This document shows positions 1-8,209 of a DNA stretch of 39,220 bases, piece after piece (within the stretch, counting starts at the first letter, position 1; each line of letters opens with the position of its first letter). This DNA is from Candidatus Micrarchaeota archaeon (GTDB lineage: Archaea > Micrarchaeota > Micrarchaeia > Micrarchaeales > CABMGC01). Location: the NCBI GenBank assembly GCA_028866935.1, contig JAGWHH010000003.1:1-39220 (forward strand), read 5' to 3'. A program made the position numbers and the translations under genes. The notes under the pieces were generated by a model. It saw nothing but the letters and a program-made list of their open reading frames with translations, did not search any database and was not told the origin of the DNA.

Positions 1-259
1 ACTTTGGGAAGCGTATCGAATAGCTAATCAATATTACTGCAAGAGCAGCAACGAAGTAAACCAGGTTTATCGATTCAAATGCCTTTACAAAGTTTGGGAG
101 CCCGTCTTGCCATACTGCATATATCGCTATGGCAACGAAAACCACGAAACTAAAGAATAGGATGAAGAAGACTGCAGAACGAGCAGATTTTATTGCCTTG
201 CTGTAGTCTTTTTTGTTTTTTATCGTATCCAGATTTGTTACAATGATTTTATCAGGCAC
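1..259 (-). CDS. Partial membrane protein, probably lysylphosphatidylglycerol-synthase TM / flippase-like (UPF0104); runs off the window start
   Basis: Not in the ORF track. Manual translation from GTG at 259 gives VPDKIIVTNLDTIKNKKDYSKAIKSARSAVFFILFFSFVVFVAIAIYAVWQDGLPNFVKAFESINLVYFVAALAVILISYSIRFPK: two TM helices followed by an R-x-x-K/R-W-like motif. Confidence 0.55.
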   Translation of the reverse strand, partial: MPDKIIVTNLDTIKNKKDYSKAIKSARSAVFFILFFSFVVFVAIAIYAVWQDGLPNFVKAFESINLVYFVAALAVILISYSIRFPK

Positions 260-268
260 GTAAAATCA

Positions 269-1288
269 CTATTTCTCAAACCTTATTATCCTGCTCTTTG
301 CAGCCTGTTCATCGCTGCACAGCAGTACGATATTGCTGCTCTCATGATAATCGGTAACCAGGTAGCCCGCTTCCTTTGCAATCTCATTTGCAAAAGCCTT
401 CACTTCCTCCATGCTCGGCATCTTTGTATAGGACAGGTTGCGTTTCTCGTTCCTTGCTCCTCCCACAAAGACAAAACCCTTCACCTCAACATAATGGGGC
501 CTGCCTCTTTTTATCAAATCTGCATAGCCTTTTGCATCAACCATGTTTTCATCCCTGATAAGGGTGAGCCTGAATACTCTTCTTGTTGGAAGAGAGCAGA
601 ATACCTCAAGGAACTTCATGAAACTATCCCATGCGCCAATGGTCTTGGGCCTTGTTATGCGCTCATAGGCCTCCTTGTTCGGGGCCTGTACTGACACGTA
701 AAGCTGCGTAGGTAGAGTTGTAAGGCTCTTTAGCGCATTCACCATTGTGCCGTTTGTAACAAGGAACGTGCTTATCTTTCTTTTATGGAATGCTGCAATC
801 AGCTCATTCATCTTAGGATAAAACAAAGGCTCTCCAGTAAGGGAAAGTGCAACATGCGCAGGATCATTAGCCTGCTCCCATATCTTGGGATTGACCTTTT
901 CATTGCCTTTGTACCCGCTTATTATGCGCCTGTGCTCCTTTACAAGCCCCTCGACTATCATCTCAGGGTCATCCCACTCCTTAAGCGCATTGATCTCATT
1001 CCACTTGAAGCCTTCCTCCTCAGGTATTATCCTCCAGCAGAAAGTGCAGGCAAGGTTGCATCCTATTGCAGGAGTGGCCTGTATGCACCTCCAGCTGCGT
1101 ATTCCATAAAACCTGTGCTTATAGCAGGTTCCCTCACCCTTCAGGCTGCTTGCCGTATATGCACATATCTTTGTTGCCGAATGGCTCCCCACAAAGTGGT
1201 ATCCCTGCTTTTTCATCATTGAGGCAAGCTCGCCAGGCATGTGCACGTTTTGAGGGCTTACCTGTTGCTGTACTGCTTTCGAAGTCAT
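269..1288 (-). CDS. taw1: 4-demethylwyosine synthase Taw1/TYW1 (radical SAM)
   Basis: GSHSATKIC, CYKHRFYGIRSWRCIQATP, CNLACTFCWR (CxxxCxxC), SLTGEP, FLVTNG and EVKGF motifs. ATG at 1288 preferred over the track start at 1312. Confidence 0.93.
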   Translation of the reverse strand: MTSKAVQQQVSPQNVHMPGELASMMKKQGYHFVGSHSATKICAYTASSLKGEGTCYKHRFYGIRSWRCIQATPAIGCNLACTFCWRIIPEEEGFKWNEINALKEWDDPEMIVEGLVKEHRRIISGYKGNEKVNPKIWEQANDPAHVALSLTGEPLFYPKMNELIAAFHKRKISTFLVTNGTMVNALKSLTTLPTQLYVSVQAPNKEAYERITRPKTIGAWDSFMKFLEVFCSLPTRRVFRLTLIRDENMVDAKGYADLIKRGRPHYVEVKGFVFVGGARNEKRNLSYTKMPSMEEVKAFANEIAKEAGYLVTDYHESSNIVLLCSDEQAAKSRIIRFEK

Positions 1289-1501
1289 AAGCGTCACAAG
1301 ATAATGATTCAACTAAAAATATAAATCCTTAGAAACAAATGGCCGCTGCCAGGTGCACTGCTCCATATTTAAGCTTATACAAAAACATCGACTTTGGGAC
1401 AAAAATAGTCAATCATCTTTTATAACCAAATAGACCTCCTTTCCAACATTTCCGGTACAGGAAGCCCACAGCTTACTAGCCTAGACTATGGCAGCTGTGC
1501 T

Positions 1502-1708
1502 GTGGTGTTCGGCGTATTTACTGCTGTAGTGGAATTCGTATTCGGGCTTGTGGGCTTCTTTAGCGGCCAGATACTGGCAGCTTTGGTGGGCCTTGTAGTT
1601 AGCACCATCATAGGTCTGATCGCAGGATTGATCGGAGGACTGCTGTTTGCTATACTCTACAACTTCATCGTAAGCAGGTATGCAAAGATAACCGCGCAGA
1701 TGCAGTAA
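1502..1708 (+). CDS. Small two-TM membrane protein (DUF3566-like); true start uncertain
   Basis: Hydrophobic Gly-rich helices ending in LYNFIV..YAKI. The frame is open upstream to 1409 (QLTSLDYGSCAVV) without an ATG. Confidence 0.55.
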   Translation: MVFGVFTAVVEFVFGLVGFFSGQILAALVGLVVSTIIGLIAGLIGGLLFAILYNFIVSRYAKITAQMQ

Positions 1709-1762
1709 GCCCAAGATACGCAGGACTGATAGCTTTTTATAAGCTAAGTTAGCTAATCCATT

Positions 1763-2647
1763 ATGGATGCAGTAGATGTCATAAAAAACACATTCAAGGC
1801 GTTAAAAACACATCCAATATATGTGGTTCCATTCCTTGCATATGCATTAGTACTTGGCATGCTTGTTCTTGCGCTCATCGTACTACCACTCCTATCTTTG
1901 TCTGGCGCAGGCACTTCGGGCCCAACACTTACGCACAGCGCTGCGCAGATAGTGGCAGTATTGGGGACACTCATACCCGGCTTAATAATCTTATTTGTAG
2001 CAATCATACTTTTCAGCCCAGTCATAAGCGGAATGTATGTGTATCTGGTCTCTAAATGGAATGAGAATCAGGTATCTTTATCAGATGCATTCAATGTTTC
2101 ATTGAACAGGGTTGTTGATCTGCTTCTCTACATGATCCTATATGGTATAGTGTCAATAGCTGTATTCGGGATAGCTTTCTCACCATTTATTGCCTCTCTG
2201 ATCGGCATCGCTGCAAATTCCGCATTAACCTCCTCGTCTTCTGTACCCTCAAGCAACAGCGCCGCTGTTGTAGGGCTCCTGTTTAGTCTTGGGATATCGG
2301 TCATACTCGCTGTTATTGCAGCGCTAATAATGGGGCCCTTATTCTATACTGCAATTCCAATAGTGGTCATTGAAAAGAAAGGCCCAATAAACGCTTTGAA
2401 AGCAAGCATAGAAATAGGCAAGAAAGACTTCTTTGGGATACTTGCGCTAATGGTGCTATCTGGTATAGTCACTCTTATTGTAGAGTTTATTCTGAATATA
2501 ATAAACATAATCCCGATAATCGGAACAATAGTTTTCATCATAGGCTACATATTCATTCTTACATTTACCATGATGATACCTACAATGTACTACATAACAT
2601 TGGTACAAAAAAGCCCTAAGCCCGCAAAGCCAAGCCCAAAAAAATAA
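1763..2647 (+). CDS. Polytopic membrane protein (GDPD membrane-domain-like / DUF7847-like)
   Basis: About 6 TM segments, a P(I)VVIEKKGPINALKASIEIGK motif typical of this family, and a Lys/Pro tail. Confidence 0.7.
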   Translation: MDAVDVIKNTFKALKTHPIYVVPFLAYALVLGMLVLALIVLPLLSLSGAGTSGPTLTHSAAQIVAVLGTLIPGLIILFVAIILFSPVISGMYVYLVSKWNENQVSLSDAFNVSLNRVVDLLLYMILYGIVSIAVFGIAFSPFIASLIGIAANSALTSSSSVPSSNSAAVVGLLFSLGISVILAVIAALIMGPLFYTAIPIVVIEKKGPINALKASIEIGKKDFFGILALMVLSGIVTLIVEFILNIINIIPIIGTIVFIIGYIFILTFTMMIPTMYYITLVQKSPKPAKPSPKK

Positions 2648-2668
2648 TTTTGCAACGGGTGGGGATAC

Positions 2669-3820
2669 ATGATACTCATAGAGTACACTAAACATAACTT
2701 CGTAGTAAAGGACCAGTCCAGCGTAGACGTACTCAGGCGCGGCCATTTTGGAAAAGTAGGCAAACAATCACTTGTTTTGTCTCCAGAAGAGGCGCTTTAC
2801 CTAATTGACATGCGAAATGCGCAGTGCAAACATAATGCAACTGCTCTCTCTTTCAATGACGTTGCCGCAAAATTCTGGAAAACCCCAAAGTTTGCTGCAC
2901 GTTACTTCACATATAAGGACTGGAGGGACAGGGGACTGGTCATAAAACCAAGCATTCAGACTGGCGCATCAGGAAGGGGCCAGACAAAAGAGTATCCGCA
3001 ATCAGAGCTTAAGCTTGGCGACTACCCGATTAAGGGAACATTCTTCAAGTCAGATCTTATTACGGTGTTAGACGAGAGCGAAGAGGCAAAGTGGCTATAC
3101 GATGAACTATGGTTCGGGCAGTACGGATCTTACAAGGCAGCAGACAGGGGCAGGCTCAACAAGCTTGACATATACGAGACGGTTTTCCTACTCTCGAAAG
3201 GCGCGCTTAAGCTTGATAATGTCACCAAAAATGAAGTAATCAAGCTAGCCTCAGGCAGAAGGCGAGATTTCCAGCAGCTGTATAACGTTTACAGTGATTG
3301 GAGGTCAAAAGGCTACGTGATCAAGACCGGATTCAAGTTCGGAACACACTTCAGGGTGTACTTCCCCGGAGCCAAACCAGCAGGAGACAACAATTCATCA
3401 TGGGTCCATTCAAAGCACGTTATACACGTATTTCCAAAAGAGGCAAGATTACTCATATCCGAGTGGGCCAGAGTCATAAGAGTAGCGCATTCCGTAAGGA
3501 AGACGTTCATACTTGCAGTGCCCGGCACTCTTAGGGGCAGCGCTGTCCATCTAGACTACAATCTGTACCACAGAAAGGGCGGCGATGCTGAGGTTCCTGG
3601 TAAGGACATGCCAAGGTATGCGATGCTGTCACTTAGCGAAGAGGAGTACATAGGCGGCAGCGGGTTCGCATCAGCAATTAAGGAAGCAAAGGACAAGAAG
3701 CTGGAACTCATACTTGCAATTGCAGACAGAGAAACAGCAGTTACATACTACAAAGTAAAGCAGGTAAAGCTTAGGGGCAGCACGAACGAGTATTACGAGA
3801 TAGACTGGATGCAGCCATAG
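2669..3820 (+). CDS. endA: tRNA-intron endonuclease, three-unit (epsilon2, ARMAN-type) architecture
   Basis: 383 aa with repeated EndA units: LSPEEALYL..YKDWRDRGLVIK and LDIYETVFL..YSDWRSKGYVIKTGFKFGTHFRVY..HSKHVI..RVAHSVRK, plus a C-terminal unit ending in EIDWMQP. Confidence 0.92.
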   Translation: MILIEYTKHNFVVKDQSSVDVLRRGHFGKVGKQSLVLSPEEALYLIDMRNAQCKHNATALSFNDVAAKFWKTPKFAARYFTYKDWRDRGLVIKPSIQTGASGRGQTKEYPQSELKLGDYPIKGTFFKSDLITVLDESEEAKWLYDELWFGQYGSYKAADRGRLNKLDIYETVFLLSKGALKLDNVTKNEVIKLASGRRRDFQQLYNVYSDWRSKGYVIKTGFKFGTHFRVYFPGAKPAGDNNSSWVHSKHVIHVFPKEARLLISEWARVIRVAHSVRKTFILAVPGTLRGSAVHLDYNLYHRKGGDAEVPGKDMPRYAMLSLSEEEYIGGSGFASAIKEAKDKKLELILAIADRETAVTYYKVKQVKLRGSTNEYYEIDWMQP

Positions 3821-3931
3821 TTTTGCCAAAGAATAATAGTGGAACTCCAACTCGGACTGGTATAGCCCCATACCTCCGACGAATATCAAGATTTATAAAT
3901 ACTATCTGAGCACTATTACTGAGGCGAAAAC

Positions 3932-4213
3932 ATGAAACTTTCTGAAATATATAGGATGGACATATATAGTGATGCAGGACAGTACCTTGGAGAAGTGCAA
4001 GACGTAATAATAGACCTAGAGCGCGGAGAAGTAAGCAGGCTGCTCATGGTTCCTTGGAAGAACGCAAAGAGCGACACAAAGTCAACTTTGAGGAACAAGT
4101 CAATACTTTACAAGAATGTCAAGAATGTAAGCGATGTAGTGCTCGTATCTTCACCTCTTGTAACTGGATCACAGGACGCAAAGAAGGAAGAAGTCGACGA
4201 CCTCTCAAGGTAA
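3932..4213 (+). CDS. PRC-barrel domain protein (CdpB-like)
   Basis: LSEIYRMDIYSDAGQYLGEVQDVIID...V..V.DVVLV is the PRC-barrel signature. Confidence 0.85.
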   Translation: MKLSEIYRMDIYSDAGQYLGEVQDVIIDLERGEVSRLLMVPWKNAKSDTKSTLRNKSILYKNVKNVSDVVLVSSPLVTGSQDAKKEEVDDLSR

Positions 4214-4750
4214 TTAGAGCTTCTTAGGAAGGAATATCTCTCTCTGGTTCAGGTAAGTGCCCTTATAGGCATTCCTGACCCTATTCAGAGTAGTTGCAAA
4301 TATTACGTGTGCGAACCTGACCTCTGGACGCAGCAGTATTGCAAACTTGCTGCTATTGAATACTTCAAGCGTTACAGTTCCGGCAAATCCTGCATCTATT
4401 ATTGTTGGGGGCATGAAAAGGCCATGTCTCGCCCATGTGCTTCTAAGCTCAACAAATCCTATCAGATTATCCGGAAGCCCGACAAACTCCATTGTCGACA
4501 AAAGAACCTGCTCCTTTGGCTGAAGTATTATCTCCTTCACGTTCTTCTCCAGTACGTACTCTTCCTTGAGAGTCTCAGGATCAGAAGGATCAATAACAAA
4601 ATCAGCACCCCTCTTTGGGTTATGCCTCGCCACTTCGTTAGATAGGCGCATGTCAAGCCCATTCTCCCTTATTATCTCCTTCTTGAATGGCTCTACGATC
4701 AATCTTTTGTCATTTATGAAACCTTCAAGGTCAAAGTCAGACAATATCAT
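4214..4750 (-). CDS. dcd: dCTP deaminase
   Basis: MILSD start, ENGLDMRL, LRSTWARHGL and IDAGFAGTVTLE motifs. Confidence 0.93.
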   Translation of the reverse strand: MILSDFDLEGFINDKRLIVEPFKKEIIRENGLDMRLSNEVARHNPKRGADFVIDPSDPETLKEEYVLEKNVKEIILQPKEQVLLSTMEFVGLPDNLIGFVELRSTWARHGLFMPPTIIDAGFAGTVTLEVFNSSKFAILLRPEVRFAHVIFATTLNRVRNAYKGTYLNQREIFLPKKL

Positions 4751-4762
4751 TTATCCACCATG

Positions 4763-5401
4763 TTAAACGCTAATCCCATTTTTGCTCAGGGTGTCAAGCA
4801 TTTTCTTATGCACTTCCTGTACTGGAAGGGTTCCATCTATCTTTACCCATTTTGAGCTGTAGCCCTCCTTAAGCATCCTCTCATACACCCCTTTCACATC
4901 GCGCTGATAGTTTGTATTACGCTCATTCTTATCAATAAATCCCTTCTGCTTTGATTTCCTGTCAGCCACTATCTCTATGGGTATATCAAGGTAGAAAATC
5001 ACATCAGGCGCGTTTGAGTTCATCAAGTCAACAAGATCCTTTGCCCTTTCGTAATCAAATCCGCCAGCACACTGGTAAGCGATCGTTGAGTAGTAATACC
5101 TGTCTGTTATAACTACAATGCCTTTGTCAATCTGTTTCTTTATGTCTGTGCCATCCTTCACCTTGTCAGCAAGGTGCAGGAGGATAAGCTCATCAACATT
5201 CAGTTTAAGGTGGCCGTTCAGGTACCTGTCTATCATCTTTCCATAATCCGAATCGTAGTCAGGGTATGTATAGATCTTAGATTCAATGCCCTTTTCCCTC
5301 AGAGCCTTCGCAAGCAGCTCGGCTTGGGTGTGCTTTCCAGCTCCGTCAATGCCCTCTATGCATACCAAGACGCCTTTCACAATATCCCCAAAATAAGTCA
5401 T
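4763..5401 (-). CDS. tmk: Thymidylate kinase
   Basis: IEGIDGAGKHTQ P-loop, DRYYYSTIAYQ and PDVIFYLD motifs. ATG at 5401 preferred over the track start at 5455. Confidence 0.93.
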   Translation of the reverse strand: MTYFGDIVKGVLVCIEGIDGAGKHTQAELLAKALREKGIESKIYTYPDYDSDYGKMIDRYLNGHLKLNVDELILLHLADKVKDGTDIKKQIDKGIVVITDRYYYSTIAYQCAGGFDYERAKDLVDLMNSNAPDVIFYLDIPIEIVADRKSKQKGFIDKNERNTNYQRDVKGVYERMLKEGYSSKWVKIDGTLPVQEVHKKMLDTLSKNGISV

Positions 5402-5466
5402 AAGTAAGTGGTGCCATAAATATAAAAAGATAAGTTTATCTATCAACAAGTACAACTTACTACTAC

Positions 5467-5544
5467 GCTCCTATCGTCTAGTCCGGCCAAGGACGCGGGG
5501 CTTTCAACCCTGCAACTCGGGTTCAAATCCCGATGGGAGCACCA
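5467..5544 (+). tRNA. tRNA-Glu(TTC), CCA encoded
   Basis: Acceptor GCTCCTA/TGGGAGC, anticodon arm CGGGG-CTTTCAA-CCCTG, T-loop GTTCAAATC, ending ACCA. Confidence 0.96.
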
Positions 5545-5549
5545 AAGTC

Positions 5550-5687
5550 GACCCATATTCTTGTGATGGACACGTTAACCGCGCCGCAGATGGGTATTCG
5601 GCTTCACTTAGCAAGAAGTGCGCGCACAATTCCTCAAGATGCAGGCCACTGATCTTGTTTTCTGGTTAAGGGCCTGTAAAATGGGTC
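5550..5687 (+). ncRNA. Candidate structured RNA directly downstream of tRNA-Glu
   Basis: Closing stem GACCCAT/ATGGGTC, with internal helices TCTTG/CAAGA, CGCG/CGCG, CCG/CGG, CACTT/AAGTG and GCAGGCC/GGCCTGT. No known family recognised. Confidence 0.4.
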
Positions 5688-6559
5688 TAAATCCCTATCA
5701 GTACAAGGACAATGTTTCCAAAGGCCAGAGATATTAGCACACCAAAAAGTATGAAAAGCGAGAATGGCACCGAGTCCCTGTATACTGGCAGCTTCCTTTT
5801 CACGCCTTTCAATGCCTTGAGCGCTTCTGTTGTTGCCAAGCGCCCAAATCCCCTGTATTTTCCTTTGAAGAATTTTATCTCGCTTTCTTTCATGAGGTTA
5901 AGCGCGAGCATGTCCCCGAGCTCAAGCTGGCTAGGGTAAAGCATCTTTGTCATTCCGTTGTAAATATCCTTTTCAAAAAGTATCGTAACGAAAGATGAAA
6001 CCGCCAGAACAACAACAAGCGCCACGGAAACAAGCTTTACTCCGTACGCATAAGTGAATATGTATGCAAATGCAAGATAAGCAATAAGCAGTGTTACTGC
6101 CATCATAACACTCTTCTTCTCAGGTTTTTGCAGCTTCATTCCCGCGAATATGCGTTTTACAAGTATGTAATAGATAGGCATGAATATCAGCGCAGTATAT
6201 CCGGCAGCTATGATAACCGAGAGCACAAACGGTATGTTTAACTGGGGCGAGCTTGTATAGTACGGTGCCATGCTCTGCACAGGCAGGACAAGAGAGACGA
6301 ATACAAGCTCTAGCACATCCCCCCCGCCCAGGAAACCCATCTTGTAAATTACAAATCCAACAAGCGCGATTATTACAGCAATCAGCAGATCCAGATATAT
6401 TGTGTTATAATTGTATACAAGGGCTATAATCAATCCGATTACAACCGTAGCGTAGACTAAAATATCCGGAACATTTCTCTTGTTAAAGACGTCGAATACG
6501 GCGTATACAAGCGCCACAATGATAAGAACTCCTATCTGAATCGGAAACTGGCCAATCAT
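5687..6559 (-). CDS. Prepilin/preflagellin peptidase (A24, PibD/FlaK-like)
   Basis: N-terminal FD..KRNVPD, LGGGD catalytic motif, C-terminal VPFSLFILFG, multiple TM segments. Start 6559 chosen (track start 6607). Confidence 0.88.
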   Translation of the reverse strand: MIGQFPIQIGVLIIVALVYAVFDVFNKRNVPDILVYATVVIGLIIALVYNYNTIYLDLLIAVIIALVGFVIYKMGFLGGGDVLELVFVSLVLPVQSMAPYYTSSPQLNIPFVLSVIIAAGYTALIFMPIYYILVKRIFAGMKLQKPEKKSVMMAVTLLIAYLAFAYIFTYAYGVKLVSVALVVVLAVSSFVTILFEKDIYNGMTKMLYPSQLELGDMLALNLMKESEIKFFKGKYRGFGRLATTEALKALKGVKRKLPVYRDSVPFSLFILFGVLISLAFGNIVLVLIGI

Positions 6560-6666
6560 ACAACCAACTATTAGCTGCATAATCTTAATATTATATCTAT
6601 AAGCCAATCTTCAGGCCCCGCGGCGCACATTCGTCGGAAGTATGCAGTAAAGAAAAAATTTTCGTA

Positions 6667-6707
6667 GAAAAGATTTATATATGAGCAAATTCTCTATATC
6701 TATAGAG
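6667..6707 (+). promoter_or_regulatory. BRE/TATA promoter followed by a perfect 7-2-7 inverted repeat
   Basis: GAAAAGA (6667-6673), TTTATATA (6674-6681), then CTCTATA-TC-TATAGAG (6692-6707). Confidence 0.55.
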
Positions 6708-6831
6708 TTGTAGCAAATGGCTGGCAAACAGTTCTTATTGTCAGGATGGCACGTAGCATTGCCAATGCCAGTTATAGCTAAGCCTGTATACGATATGGTA
6801 TGCAGGAATATAGCAATAACATTTTACAACT
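6706..6831 (+). ncRNA. Candidate structured RNA / 5' leader upstream of the winged-helix gene
   Basis: Nearly fully paired multibranch fold with G-U pairs that favour the + strand, starting about 25 nt after a TATA box. Confidence 0.5.
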
Positions 6832-6883
6832 ATAATAAAGTTGCATAAGAGCAGCTTTTAAAAAAACACTGTTTGGTGCTCTT

Positions 6884-7216
6884 ATGCCTATACAAACCAC
6901 TAGTATCGAGAATGTTGAACAACTCCGAATTACTGATAAGGAACTGACATTACTGTACGAAATCGGACTCAACATCATCCCTACAGCTACGGATTTCGTA
7001 GATTATATTTCTTCGAAGTATGCAGTATCCCAAAGCGGGGTATGGTATACGCTCAAGAAACTAAAAAAGGAGGGGGTGGTGGATTTCACTGAAAAAGGAG
7101 AGGAGGCAAAGCCGTTGGGATTGACGGAATTGGGTATGAAGGTAATTAGGAGCCGTGTGGTGGATGTGCATAACAGGCAGTACCACCACATCGCGATCTC
7201 CCCAGTACGTATGTGA
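6884..7216 (+). CDS. Winged helix-turn-helix protein, putative transcription regulator
   Basis: VSQSGVWYTLKKLKKEGVV recognition helix and LGLTELGMKVI wing exit (LTxxG). Confidence 0.75.
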   Translation: MPIQTTSIENVEQLRITDKELTLLYEIGLNIIPTATDFVDYISSKYAVSQSGVWYTLKKLKKEGVVDFTEKGEEAKPLGLTELGMKVIRSRVVDVHNRQYHHIAISPVRM

Positions 7217-7231
7217 TTTCGGTTTATTTTT

Positions 7232-7828
7232 CTATTTCTCTTTATTTTCCTTTAAGCTACCTATAACTTTGTCCAGATTCTGCTCAAGCTTCTGGATTGT
7301 AGCAGTATTGGCAATTATGTAATCTGCATGGTCTATCAATCGCATGACTCCATGCCTCACCTCTGACCTGGCCTTCATGAAGCCCTGCTTCTCCCTCTGG
7401 TCAAGCCACTTGAAGCTCTTGAGCGTCTTCGGATCCTCAGGCTTGCCGCGGTGCTTAAGCCTACTGTATCTTAGCTGAAGAGGTGCAAGAAGCGCAATGA
7501 TGTGTATGTTATGTATCCTTTTCTTGAAGTAGTTCATCTCGTAAGTGCTCCTCACGCCCATTATTGCTACCATGTTCCTGTTCTTCTCTATCTTCTTGTA
7601 AGCGTACTTTGCATAAACCTCCTTGCCGTATTTTTCCCTAATCTTCCTTGTAAATTCCCTTGTAGCAATAGGCTCGTATCTTGAGATGTTGTTCTTCTTA
7701 AGCAGCTCCCTCCATATGTCTCCAAGCTCAATGACCTCAAATCCCCTGTGCTTAAGCATCTCAGCAACTATGCTCTTCCCAGATCCTGGCAATCCCACAA
7801 TAACTAGCGTAAGATGTTTTCTGACCAT
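7232..7828 (-). CDS. Nucleotide kinase, archaeal dephospho-CoA kinase-like (COG0237/UPF0200)
   Basis: VGLPGSGKS P-loop, LGDIWRE, GVRS..E, RYSRLKHRGKPED and ADYII.N motifs. Confidence 0.8.
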   Translation of the reverse strand: MVRKHLTLVIVGLPGSGKSIVAEMLKHRGFEVIELGDIWRELLKKNNISRYEPIATREFTRKIREKYGKEVYAKYAYKKIEKNRNMVAIMGVRSTYEMNYFKKRIHNIHIIALLAPLQLRYSRLKHRGKPEDPKTLKSFKWLDQREKQGFMKARSEVRHGVMRLIDHADYIIANTATIQKLEQNLDKVIGSLKENKEK

Positions 7829-7835
7829 TCAACCA

Positions 7836-8165
7836 TCAGTGAATCTGCGCTCCCTGTGCAATCTCTCTATCAGGCACCAACAGCGCAACGTTTTCCCCTT
7901 CCCCTGCCGCAAGGAGCATCCCCTGCGACTCTATTCCTGCAATAACCTTGGGGTCAAGATTAACTATGCATGCAATCCTTTTATTAACTAGCTCGTCCTT
8001 CGAGTAATTGCTGCGTATTCCTGCAACAATTACGCGCCTGCCGATTTCAGGCCCAAGATCTACAGTAAGTTTGTACATCGGCTTTCGCGCCTTTTCGTGC
8101 TCTTCTACCGATATTATCTTGCCTATGCGAATGTCCAGAGCAAGAAAAGTATCGATAGCGACCAT
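7836..8165 (-). CDS. Stand-alone tRNA-binding OB-fold protein (Trbp111/CsaA/MetRS C-terminal-like)
   Basis: LDIRIGKI, YKLTVDLG, IVNLDPKVIAGIESQGMLLAA motifs. Confidence 0.9.
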   Translation of the reverse strand: MVAIDTFLALDIRIGKIISVEEHEKARKPMYKLTVDLGPEIGRRVIVAGIRSNYSKDELVNKRIACIVNLDPKVIAGIESQGMLLAAGEGENVALLVPDREIAQGAQIH

Positions 8166-8209
8166 ACCAAAACACAATTAATTAAAGCGCCAAGTTATAA
8201 ATACCGTTT

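Noticed and set aside
3838-3869. Split-tRNA half or tRNA-Ala-like minihelix (GGGGCTA...AGTTCCA, minus strand)
   Set aside because: There is no D-loop or T-loop consensus, no CCA, and no complementary partner half was seen.
3671-3889. 72-aa minus-strand ORF with a GGAGG-ATG-like sequence
   Set aside because: It mostly overlaps endA antisense and has no recognisable features; the GGAGG is part of the hairpin.
5550-5687. 5S rRNA, SRP RNA, RNase P RNA or HDV-like/theta ribozyme identity
   Set aside because: It lacks CCGAAC, the SRP helix-8 motif, both RNase P P4 strands and the HDV P3/L3 pattern.
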